A stretch of DNA of 64,000 nucleotides. Origin: an uncultured beta proteobacterium (GTDB taxonomy: Bacteria > Pseudomonadota > Gammaproteobacteria > Burkholderiales > Usitatibacteraceae). The position numbers and the translations under genes were made by a program. How positions within the stretch are numbered: the stretch's first letter is position 1; each line of letters opens with the position of its first letter. This document shows positions 21,779 to 29,430 of this stretch, in pieces. The stretch lies in NCBI GenBank assembly GCA_963698265.1, contig CAVOQC010000001.1, forward strand, positions 1,106,680 through 1,170,679. The letters are read 5' to 3'. The notes beneath the pieces are model-generated. The model was not told the DNA's origin. It searched no databases and worked only from the letters and a program-made list of their open reading frames with translations.

Positions 21779-22672
21779 ATGACGATGGCAAGAAAGACGA
21801 AGCGCGCGAAGGCAGGGGACGAGGTTCTCGCCGACGCAAAGGAAGCGGACCGGATCGAGCAGTACTGGCATCTCGCGGGCCGCCCGAAGGCGCGCAAGCC
21901 GCCGGCGAAGTACAAGTACGTGAAGGAACTCGCCCATCTGCAGGTCGAGTTGATCAAGTTGCAGGAATGGGTGCGCCTGCAGGGCCTCAAGGTCGCCGTG
22001 ATCTTCGAGGGCCGCGACGCCGCCGGCAAGGGCGGCGTGATCAAGCGCATCGCCGAGTGCCTGAACCCGCGCATCTGCCGGATCGTGGCGCTGGGCACGC
22101 CCACGGAGCGCGAGCGCGGCCAGTGGTACTTCCAGCGCTACGTCCCGCACCTGCCGGCGCAGGGCGAGATCGTCCTCTTCGACCGCAGCTGGTACAACCG
22201 ATCCGGCGTGGAGCGCGTCATGGGCTTCTGCACCGAGACGGAGTACCGGGAGTTCCTGCGCTCCTGCCCGCTCTTCGAGGAGATGCTCATCCGCTCCGGC
22301 ATCGTGCTGGTGAAATACTGGTTCTCCGTGAACGACGAGGAACAGGAGCGGCGCTTCCAGGAGCGAATCAGGAACCCCACGAAGCGCTGGAAGCTGAGCC
22401 CCATGGACATCGAGTCGCGCAAGCACTGGAGCGAATATTCGCGGGCCAAGGACATCATGTTCGCGGCAACCGACCGGAAGCAGACGCCGTGGTGGGTGGT
22501 CGATGCCGACAACAAGAAGCGGGCGCGCCTGAACTGCATCGCGCACCTCCTGCGCCAGGTTCCCTACGAGAACATGACGCCCGTGGAGATCGAGGTGCCG
22601 CCGCGTCAGGGAGACATCGGCTACCGGCGGCCGAAGAAGTCGAGCCAGCGCTTCGTGGAGAGCGTCTACTAG
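21779..22672 (+). CDS. ppk2: Polyphosphate kinase 2
   Basis: VIFEGRDAAGKGGVIKRI (Walker A), FDRSWYNRSGVERVMGF, KLSPMD, WWVVDADNKKRARLN. Confidence 0.92.
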   Translation: MTMARKTKRAKAGDEVLADAKEADRIEQYWHLAGRPKARKPPAKYKYVKELAHLQVELIKLQEWVRLQGLKVAVIFEGRDAAGKGGVIKRIAECLNPRICRIVALGTPTERERGQWYFQRYVPHLPAQGEIVLFDRSWYNRSGVERVMGFCTETEYREFLRSCPLFEEMLIRSGIVLVKYWFSVNDEEQERRFQERIRNPTKRWKLSPMDIESRKHWSEYSRAKDIMFAATDRKQTPWWVVDADNKKRARLNCIAHLLRQVPYENMTPVEIEVPPRQGDIGYRRPKKSSQRFVESVY

Positions 22673-22694
22673 GGCGCGCGCGGCGAGGCGCCGC

Positions 22695-25600
22695 CTAGGG
22701 GCTCGCCCGGCGGGCCCTCGCGATGTCGGCGCGAAGATTCGCGCCGGTCTTCCACTTGCTCAGGGCCGGCGCGATGCTGTCGAGGACGGCGGTGGCCTCG
22801 GCGAGCAGCGCGGCGCGCCTGGCCGGCTCGGCGAGCGCCGAAACATAGACGGCGTGGGCGTACTCGAAGTGCTGCAGGTGGGAATCGTGGCGGCGCGCGA
22901 GCTGCTTGCGATGGAACTCGAGCGCCGGCTGCAGGATCTCGCGCGCCTCCGCCAGCCGCCCCTGGCGCGCGACGGCCTCGGCGAGGTACACCTGGAACAC
23001 GGCGCCTTCGCGCTCGGTCCCGAACAGGTCACGGCGCGGCAGCTTGGCGTGCTCGGCGACCATGACGCGTGCCGCCGCTTCCGCGGCCGCGAAATCGCCC
23101 AGCTCCAGGGACGCGAGGCCGATGATCTGGCTGGCGCGGATGCGAAAGCGGCCGAACCACTCCACGTCGGCCTGGCTCTCGGGCTTGATGTCGCCCAGCC
23201 CCCCCAGCGCGGTTCGCGCCTGCTGCAAGGCCTTTCGCGGGTCGCCCTCGAGGTACGGCAGGTACGCCTCGTAGGCTTCGAGCCACAGGCGCGAGAAACC
23301 GACGATCATCGGCGCGGAAGTCGGCTTGATGTACGTCTCCCACAGGCGCCGGCTTTCCGCGACCGTGGCCTTCGCCGCTGCATGGTTGCCGAGCTCGGCG
23401 TCGATTTCCGCCGAGATCCCCAGCCAGATCATCGCGTTTCGCGCCTGGAAGGAGCCGATCTTGGGCATCTGCTCGCGCACCTGCGCGGCGGAGCGGAACT
23501 TGTCGCGTGCCTCGGCGAGGCGGCCCGACTCCATGAGGGCGCCGGCCGTTCGCTGCCGCGCCACGCCCAGGTTGTTCAGGGAGGCCGTATTGGTGGAGGC
23601 GACCTTCACCATGCCTTCGTAGAGGGCCTCGTTCTCGCGCAGGAGCACCATCGCCTTCGCGATCCGCAGGTCGAACACCTCCAGGTCGGAGAGGGCGCCG
23701 AGCACGAGCCCCTTGGTGTGGATCGCCGTCGCATGGCCGGGCATTGCGTCGAGGACCTTGTTGGCGATCGCGAGCGACTCCTCGTTCTTCGCGCGGGACT
23801 CGGGCCACTTGCCCGTATCGTAGAGCGCGTCAGCGAGCCACGCGCCGGCGTTGGAATAGCCGGCGGCGGCCGAGAGGTCCGCGAGGCCCGGCGCGCCCAG
23901 CCGGCGGAAAACCTCCTGGGCCTCCTGCAGGTAGCCGATGGCTTTCCGGGCATCCCCGAAATTGCGCGTGGTGTAGCCCATCCCGGTGAGCAGCTCTCCG
24001 TACTGGCGAAGCACCGCGACCGAAGGCTTGGGCGAGGCCTCGACGAGCGGCTTCAACTCGGCCTGCGCGGCTTCGCCGGCGCGCAGGGCCTCCGCGTGCT
24101 TGAGCTGGTTCACGAGAATCATCGCCTGGTAGCTCAGGGCGCTGCCCAGGCCCAGGCGCGTGGCTTCCGACGAATCTCCCTGGGAGCCCAGCCGGCGGAA
24201 GACGGCCTCGGCTTCCTTCAAGGCGACGAGCCCCTCCTCGTGCTTGCCCTGGCGGCGCGCGACGGCGCCGGCGCGCACGAGCGCCATCGCGCGGTTGCGC
24301 TCCGTGTCGGGCGTGCGAAGTTCCGGGGGCAGGCCCTTGTAGTAGTCGAGGGCGCGATGGGCGAGCGAGGCCACGATGTCGATCCGGCCGACGGGATCGA
24401 GTTCGCGCACGAAATCGTCGAGCAGGTAGACGAGGAGCTTCTCGGACTCGCCGCGCGCCGACTCGGCCAGCTGCCGCGTCTGCTGGGCCTTCGCTTCGGC
24501 TTCCTTGGCGCGGTTCATGTTCACGTAGCCGAAGACGGCGCCAACCACCGCGAGTATCGCAAGCACGGAGGCGCCCGCGGCCACCTGGCGTGCGCGCACC
24601 AGCGCCTTGCGCGTGGCGGCCTCGCGCTCGCGCTGGGCCTCGAGCTGGCGCTCGGCGTTCTCGCGCGCCTCGCGCGCGAGCCGCATCTCGCGGCTGGCGC
24701 GGACGACCCCGCACAGCACGTCGTGGGTGAGCTCCACGCGGCGCACGTCGAGGCGCTCCTCGATGCGCAGGAGCCGCCGGTTCACGAGCGTGGGCAACGC
24801 ATCCGGGGAGGCGCCCGCGGCTTCGAACGCCTTCACCACGCGTTCCTCCGCGAGGCTCTCTCGGTAGCCCGAGTCCGTGAGCAGCTCGTCCTCGATCACC
24901 TTGCGCACCGCCGGCGGCTGGTCGGCGAGCACGCGCTCGTAGAACTCGGCGAGGATCGTGTCGTGGGAGCCCGCCAGCAGGTCTGCGGAGATCTCCGCGC
25001 GGCCCTGGGCGAGGCGCGTGTTGTTGAGTTCCCGGCAGATGAGCGACAGGAGCGAGGGCTCGACCTCGGCGTTGCGCAGCTCCGAGCCCCCGGCGATGAA
25101 GCGCACGATCGCCTCGGCCACCTCTTCCGAGACGAGATCGCCGCCCGGCTTCATCACGGCGGAGAGCGCCTGCTGGCCGTTCATGCGGGCAAGCCGCATG
25201 CGATTCTGGGTGATCGAGGGCATTGCGCCCTTGAGCCCCTCCAGGTGCGCGAGGTAGTCCTCGCGCAGCGCGATGAGGATGCGGTAGTCGGCGCGGCCGA
25301 AGTCGAAGCGCTCGGGAACGGAATCGTCCGACTCGAGCTTCGCCTCGAGCGCCTTCGGGGGCCGGTTCTCCACGAGGTCGGCGAGATCCTCGATGAACTG
25401 CGCGGCGCGCGCCTTGCCTGCATCGTCGGCCTGGGCGAGCGTGAAGACCTCCTCGAACTGGTCGAAGATCAGCAGCGGAATGACGGTCTTGCCGCTGGCG
25501 TCCTTCAGGATGTCGTCGCGGTGGTGCAGGAACTCCCAGAGCGATTCGCCCTCGGCCGCCGTGCCCGGCTGCGTCCACGTTCCCGAGGACTGCGTCGCGC

Positions 25601-25934
25601 GGAAGATCGCCGCCTTGATCTGCTCCGTGGGCGGCGGCGAATCCGGCGAATAGTCGACGCGCACGTAGACGGGGCAGTACCCCTCCGGCCGCAGCCTCGG
25701 CACGATGCCCGCGCGCAGGATCGAGGTCTTGCCCAGGCCCGACTGGCCGAAGAGGATCGTCAGGAGCTTGCGCTGCACGCGCCGGCCAAGCTCGGCGACC
25801 TCCTCTTCGCGGCCATGGAAGAAGCCGCGCGTTTCCTCCGTGTACGAGGCGAGGCCCAGCCAGGGATGCTGCGGGTCGATCGCGGGGGAAGACCCCGGCG
25901 CCGCGTCCTGCGCCTTCGCGGTCTCCGCGCTCAT
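22695..25934 (-). CDS. STAND-type P-loop NTPase (nSTAND-like) with internal TM helix and TPR-like C-terminal half
   Basis: N-terminus PWLGLASYTEETRGFFHGREEEVAELGRRV-x-LLTILFGQSGLGKTSILRAGIVPRL (Walker A at 25722-25748). Walker B VIPLLIFDQFEEVF. Helical/winged-helix region ending RRVELTHDVL. Coiled coil, then hydrophobic helix VAAGASVLAILAVVGAVFGYV (24522-24584), then about 600 aa of TPR-like repeats. The start ATG overlaps the upstream TGA (25931-25934). The track ORF extends to 26213, but that extension overlaps the upstream gene. Confidence 0.85.
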   Translation of the reverse strand: MSAETAKAQDAAPGSSPAIDPQHPWLGLASYTEETRGFFHGREEEVAELGRRVQRKLLTILFGQSGLGKTSILRAGIVPRLRPEGYCPVYVRVDYSPDSPPPTEQIKAAIFRATQSSGTWTQPGTAAEGESLWEFLHHRDDILKDASGKTVIPLLIFDQFEEVFTLAQADDAGKARAAQFIEDLADLVENRPPKALEAKLESDDSVPERFDFGRADYRILIALREDYLAHLEGLKGAMPSITQNRMRLARMNGQQALSAVMKPGGDLVSEEVAEAIVRFIAGGSELRNAEVEPSLLSLICRELNNTRLAQGRAEISADLLAGSHDTILAEFYERVLADQPPAVRKVIEDELLTDSGYRESLAEERVVKAFEAAGASPDALPTLVNRRLLRIEERLDVRRVELTHDVLCGVVRASREMRLAREARENAERQLEAQREREAATRKALVRARQVAAGASVLAILAVVGAVFGYVNMNRAKEAEAKAQQTRQLAESARGESEKLLVYLLDDFVRELDPVGRIDIVASLAHRALDYYKGLPPELRTPDTERNRAMALVRAGAVARRQGKHEEGLVALKEAEAVFRRLGSQGDSSEATRLGLGSALSYQAMILVNQLKHAEALRAGEAAQAELKPLVEASPKPSVAVLRQYGELLTGMGYTTRNFGDARKAIGYLQEAQEVFRRLGAPGLADLSAAAGYSNAGAWLADALYDTGKWPESRAKNEESLAIANKVLDAMPGHATAIHTKGLVLGALSDLEVFDLRIAKAMVLLRENEALYEGMVKVASTNTASLNNLGVARQRTAGALMESGRLAEARDKFRSAAQVREQMPKIGSFQARNAMIWLGISAEIDAELGNHAAAKATVAESRRLWETYIKPTSAPMIVGFSRLWLEAYEAYLPYLEGDPRKALQQARTALGGLGDIKPESQADVEWFGRFRIRASQIIGLASLELGDFAAAEAAARVMVAEHAKLPRRDLFGTEREGAVFQVYLAEAVARQGRLAEAREILQPALEFHRKQLARRHDSHLQHFEYAHAVYVSALAEPARRAALLAEATAVLDSIAPALSKWKTGANLRADIARARRASP
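24522..24584 (-). other. Predicted single transmembrane helix inside the STAND NTPase (residues about 451-471)
   Basis: 21 uncharged residues VAAGASVLAILAVVGAVFGYV, flanked by RKALVRARQ on the N-side and NMNRAKE on the C-side. Confidence 0.6.
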
Positions 25935-27328
25935 GCGCCGCCCCGGCCGCCGGTGCTCGTGAGCTCCTTCAGGCGGTTCACGAACTCCGGGGTTGCGGCG
26001 CCACCCGGCAACTGCGTGAGGTGCACGGCCTTGAACTTGTCGGGCACGCGCGCGCCGCGCGGGTCCGTGTCGTCGATGCACACCGGCAGGATGAAGATCG
26101 CCTCGTCGGCCATGTTGCGCGTGCGGTCCAGTGCGTAGCTCCATTCGCGGCGGAAGTAGGCCTCCAGCCGGCGGTCCGTCGTGGCGGAGACCACCGGGAT
26201 GAAGTAGGAGCATCGCGCGATGTTCTTCTGGATCTTGCGGTCGTAGTCGTCGCCGCCTTCGAGCCGGTCCATGTCGAACCAGGTCGTGATGCCGGCGGCG
26301 TCGAGCCCGCTCTTCAGTTTCTGCACGGCCGCGAGATCCTCGCGCGCGTAGCTCACGAAAACCGCGTTGTCGGGCATCTCGCGCTCGGGCGGCAGGAAGC
26401 GCTGCGGTGCCGCGCCCAGCGCGATCACCTCGCCCGGCTTGCGCCGCGCCGTCCAGCGGCGATGCAATTCGTCCACGAACTGCTCGGCGCCGCTGTAGAC
26501 GCGGGTGCGCACGCTCACCTGCTGGAGAAACGCCATCAGGCGATCATCCTGGTCGGAATGGTCGTCGGCGAGCACTTCGCCCACGTCGCGCGGGTCGGAG
26601 AGCCGCCGGCGCTTGGCCATGCGCAGGAACAGGCGCGCGAGCCAGTTCGAGAAGTTGCTGCCGATGAGGAGCAGGTGGCTGTGCTCGAGCTCGTAGAAGA
26701 GCTTCTCGGGCGTCAGGTGCTCGCTCTGCAGCGCGCAGACGAATTCGAGCACGTCCTCGTCGGAGATCACGTAGGTGGGCGAGGCAGAAACGCGGCCGAG
26801 CAGGTGGTAGACCACGGGCCGCTGCAACTGCTCGCGCTCGCCCGGCAGGTCCGCCACGCGGTTGGGCGCGTAGCTCACGACCTCCGTGGACTGGGCCCCC
26901 GCAAACCTCGTCTCGTTGATCGCCTGCTCGAGGAAGGTATCGAAGGTGGTCGAGACGAAGAGGTCGAAGTCGGTGATCTCGGCGAGCTGGCGAAGCGCCT
27001 TCGGCGGCGCGAAGTTCGTGTCGCGCAGGATGGCGCGCATGCGCGTGTAGGTGTCCTCGCGGCGCCCGCGCGCGGAGAGGAACCAGCAGACGACGTCGTT
27101 CAGCGTGTAGGGCTGCGGCAGGCGCGTCGTGTCCACGCCGAGCTTCGCGGCGAGCTTTTCCGCCATCCAGTCGTAGAGCAGGCGCGGGCCCGATTCCGTC
27201 TCGACCTTGAGGAGTTCCGGGCCGACGATGGGAATGACGCGTCTTTCCTCGATGAAGTCGAGGAGATCCTCCCAGGCGTCCTCGTCCAGCGTGGGCAGCG
27301 GCGTTTCGAGCGCGTGCACGTTGCTCAC
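25931..27328 (-). CDS. SIR2-like (SIR2_2-type Rossmann) domain fused to a C-terminal TIR domain
   Basis: The N-terminal domain shows the SIR2_2 motif order with substitutions: VIPIVGPELL, FVSTTFDTFLE, PVVYHLLGRV, LLLIGSNFSNW. The C-terminal TIR is VFVSYAREDLAAVQKLKSGLDAAGITTWFDMD...YFIPVVSATT...EAYFRREWSYAL...ILPVCID. Confidence 0.85.
   Translation of the reverse strand: MSNVHALETPLPTLDEDAWEDLLDFIEERRVIPIVGPELLKVETESGPRLLYDWMAEKLAAKLGVDTTRLPQPYTLNDVVCWFLSARGRREDTYTRMRAILRDTNFAPPKALRQLAEITDFDLFVSTTFDTFLEQAINETRFAGAQSTEVVSYAPNRVADLPGEREQLQRPVVYHLLGRVSASPTYVISDEDVLEFVCALQSEHLTPEKLFYELEHSHLLLIGSNFSNWLARLFLRMAKRRRLSDPRDVGEVLADDHSDQDDRLMAFLQQVSVRTRVYSGAEQFVDELHRRWTARRKPGEVIALGAAPQRFLPPEREMPDNAVFVSYAREDLAAVQKLKSGLDAAGITTWFDMDRLEGGDDYDRKIQKNIARCSYFIPVVSATTDRRLEAYFRREWSYALDRTRNMADEAIFILPVCIDDTDPRGARVPDKFKAVHLTQLPGGAATPEFVNRLKELTSTGGRGGA
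25994..26368 (-). other. TIR domain (residues about 321-445) with candidate catalytic Glu395 (codon 26144-26146)
   Basis: (F/V)(V/I)SY...D start motif, and the S-x-W-x-x-E-like region aligned to FRREW. Confidence 0.7.
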
Positions 27329-27551
27329 GGGTGCAGACCTCGGGACGAAGGAGACGACGGCTGGAACGGAACCGGCACGGATGCACCCCCAGGTTTCGTT
27401 TCGAGTCCGGCGGGAAGGAACTGAACCCCGCGCGGCTGCGCCCCGGGGTCGGTTGCCCCGCTCGGCGCGGATGCAGCAAAGGGTAGGCCAAACTGCGCCA
27501 TTTGAATAGCCGGACTATCATCGGCGCTCGCGCATCGACCGGAATATCCCC

Positions 27552-29429
27552 ATGAAGCATGAGACGCCCGGCGCGGGAAACGCCGCGGAGGACAGCGCCG
27601 AGGAGGCGAGCGCGCGTGCGCAGCGCGAGCTCGATCGAGGCGAGCCGCTGCTCGCCTGCAACACGGCGCAGGCGGCGCTGGACCGCTGGCCGGAGCATGC
27701 GCGCCTGCGGCAACTTCACGCCCTGGCGCTGGTGCGAAGCGGCGACCTCGAGCGCGCGAACCGGATCCTCGCCGCGCTGGCCGCTGAGGGCAGGGACGAC
27801 GCGGAGACCCTCGGGATGCTCGCGCGCACCCACAAGGATCTCGCGCTGCGCGAAGCGGAAGGGCCGCGGCGCCGCGAGCACCTCGAGGCGGGATTCAGCC
27901 TCTACGAACGGGCCTTCGAATCGGCGCGCAAGCGCGGCGCCGTGGCGGACGCGTCCTACACCGGCATCAACGCGGCGACGATGGCGGTCTTCATGGACGA
28001 CCTCCCGGGCGCGCGCCGGATCGCTTCCGCCGTGCGGGAGGCGTGCGGACGCGACGAGGGCCGCAAGGCGCCCGAGCCGGCGCGCTACTGGAGGGAGGCC
28101 ACCCTCGGGGAGGCGGCGCTGATTCTCGGCGATGCCGGGGAGGCGGGCGTGCGCTACCGCAAGGCGAGGCTGCTCTCGGGCAAGCGCTTCGGGGATCTCG
28201 GCACCACGCGCCTGCAGGCGCGACGGCTTCAGGCGCGCCTCCCCGCGACCGGCGTGGACGTGGACGCGCTCCTCGCCGTTCCGCCGGTGCTCGTCTTCAC
28301 CGGCAACATGGTCGATGCGCCGGAGCGGGAGGCTGGCCGATTTCCGGCCGCGCTCGAGCCGGCGGTGCGCGAGGCGCTGCGCGAAGCCCTCGCTGCGATC
28401 GCCCCTCTCGCGGTGTACGGGTCCGCCGCCTGCGGAGCCGACATCCTCTGCCTGGAACTCGCGCGCGAGCGGGGAGCCGAGACCCACGTCGTGCTGCCGT
28501 TCCCGCCCGCGGAGTTCCGGCACGCGAGCGTCGATTTCGCCAGCGGCGACTGGGGCGAGCGATTCGAGCGGGCGCTCGCCGCGGCCCACAGCGTGACGGT
28601 GGCGAGCGACCATCGCGCGAGCGGCAGCGCGGCCTCCTTCGAGTACGCGAACCTCATCGCCACGGGCATGGGGCGGCTGCGGGCGCAGGTGCTCGACGCC
28701 CCGCTGCGCGCGCTCGCGGCGTGGGATGCCGGCGTGCCGGCGTCGCCGGGAGGTGCGGCCTCGGTCGTCTCGCTGTGGCGCTCGCGCGGAATCACCGTGG
28801 ACACGGTGGACCTCGCGGCGTTGCGCGCGGACGAAGGCTCGCCCGCTTCCGCGACGCCGGCGGCTTCCGTAGCGGCGACCGACGGCGCCACGCGCCACGA
28901 GCTGCGCGCGATGCTCTTCGCCGACGCCGTCGGCTACAGCCAGCTGAGCGAGGACCAGATCCCGCGCTACATCTCCGGCTTCCTCGGGGCCGTGGCCGAG
29001 CTGAGCCGGAAGACCGCGCACCCCTTCGAGCACGTCGAGACTTCCGGCGACGGGCTCTACATGGTGTTCGCGACCGTGGCCGACGCGGGCCAGTTCGCCC
29101 TCGAGCTGAGCGCGCTCGCCAACGGTCTCGACCGCGCGGCCTGCGGCCTGCCGGAGCGCTTCAACCTGCGCATCGCGCTGCACTGCGGCCCGGTGCACTG
29201 CGGGCGCGACCCCATCACCGGTTCGCGCCTCTACACCGGCCCGCACACCAGCCGCACGGCGCGAATCGAGCCGATCACGCCGCCGGGGCAGGTCTACGCG
29301 AGCAGCGCCTTCGCCGCCGTTGCCGCGGCGAGCGGCGCCGACGGGCTCGCGATGGGATATGTCGGGCGCATGCCGCTCGCCAAGGGATACGGTACGCTCG
29401 GCCTGTACCACGTCCGTCCGGCCCACTGA
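27552..29429 (+). CDS. Three-domain signalling protein: TPR-like (MAP3K TRAF-binding/DUF4071-like) + Rossmann SLOG-like + class III nucleotidyl cyclase
   Basis: N-domain motifs ETLGMLARTHKD, YTGINAATMAVF, RYWREATLGEAALILGD. Middle domain VLVFTGNMVDAP...RFP...LAVYGSAACGADILCLELARERGAETHVVLPF. C-terminal cyclase domain (28899-29411) MLFADAVGYS...ETSGDGLYMVF...LRIALHCGPV...GPHTSRTARIE. Confidence 0.85.
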   Translation: MKHETPGAGNAAEDSAEEASARAQRELDRGEPLLACNTAQAALDRWPEHARLRQLHALALVRSGDLERANRILAALAAEGRDDAETLGMLARTHKDLALREAEGPRRREHLEAGFSLYERAFESARKRGAVADASYTGINAATMAVFMDDLPGARRIASAVREACGRDEGRKAPEPARYWREATLGEAALILGDAGEAGVRYRKARLLSGKRFGDLGTTRLQARRLQARLPATGVDVDALLAVPPVLVFTGNMVDAPEREAGRFPAALEPAVREALREALAAIAPLAVYGSAACGADILCLELARERGAETHVVLPFPPAEFRHASVDFASGDWGERFERALAAAHSVTVASDHRASGSAASFEYANLIATGMGRLRAQVLDAPLRALAAWDAGVPASPGGAASVVSLWRSRGITVDTVDLAALRADEGSPASATPAASVAATDGATRHELRAMLFADAVGYSQLSEDQIPRYISGFLGAVAELSRKTAHPFEHVETSGDGLYMVFATVADAGQFALELSALANGLDRAACGLPERFNLRIALHCGPVHCGRDPITGSRLYTGPHTSRTARIEPITPPGQVYASSAFAAVAAASGADGLAMGYVGRMPLAKGYGTLGLYHVRPAH

Positions 29430-29430
29430 C

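Noticed and set aside
21779-22672. ppk2 as a fourth component of the TIR/STAND module.
   Set aside because: It is convergent to the STAND gene, is a widely conserved housekeeping-type enzyme, and has no coupling signals. The 22-nt gap between the stop codons is only a short GC palindrome.
22669-22697. Palindrome CTAGGGCG...CGCCGCCTAG, embracing the stop codons of ppk2 and the STAND gene, as a bidirectional terminator.
   Set aside because: The stem is short and imperfect, with no T-tract on either strand. It is not strong enough to annotate.
27329-27551. Search for a shared operator or palindrome in the divergent region between the SIR2-like/TIR operon and the cyclase gene.
   Set aside because: Only a weak 6-bp inverted repeat (ACCCCG...CGGGGT) and no convincing -35/-10 pairs were seen. 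There is nothing that I can support.
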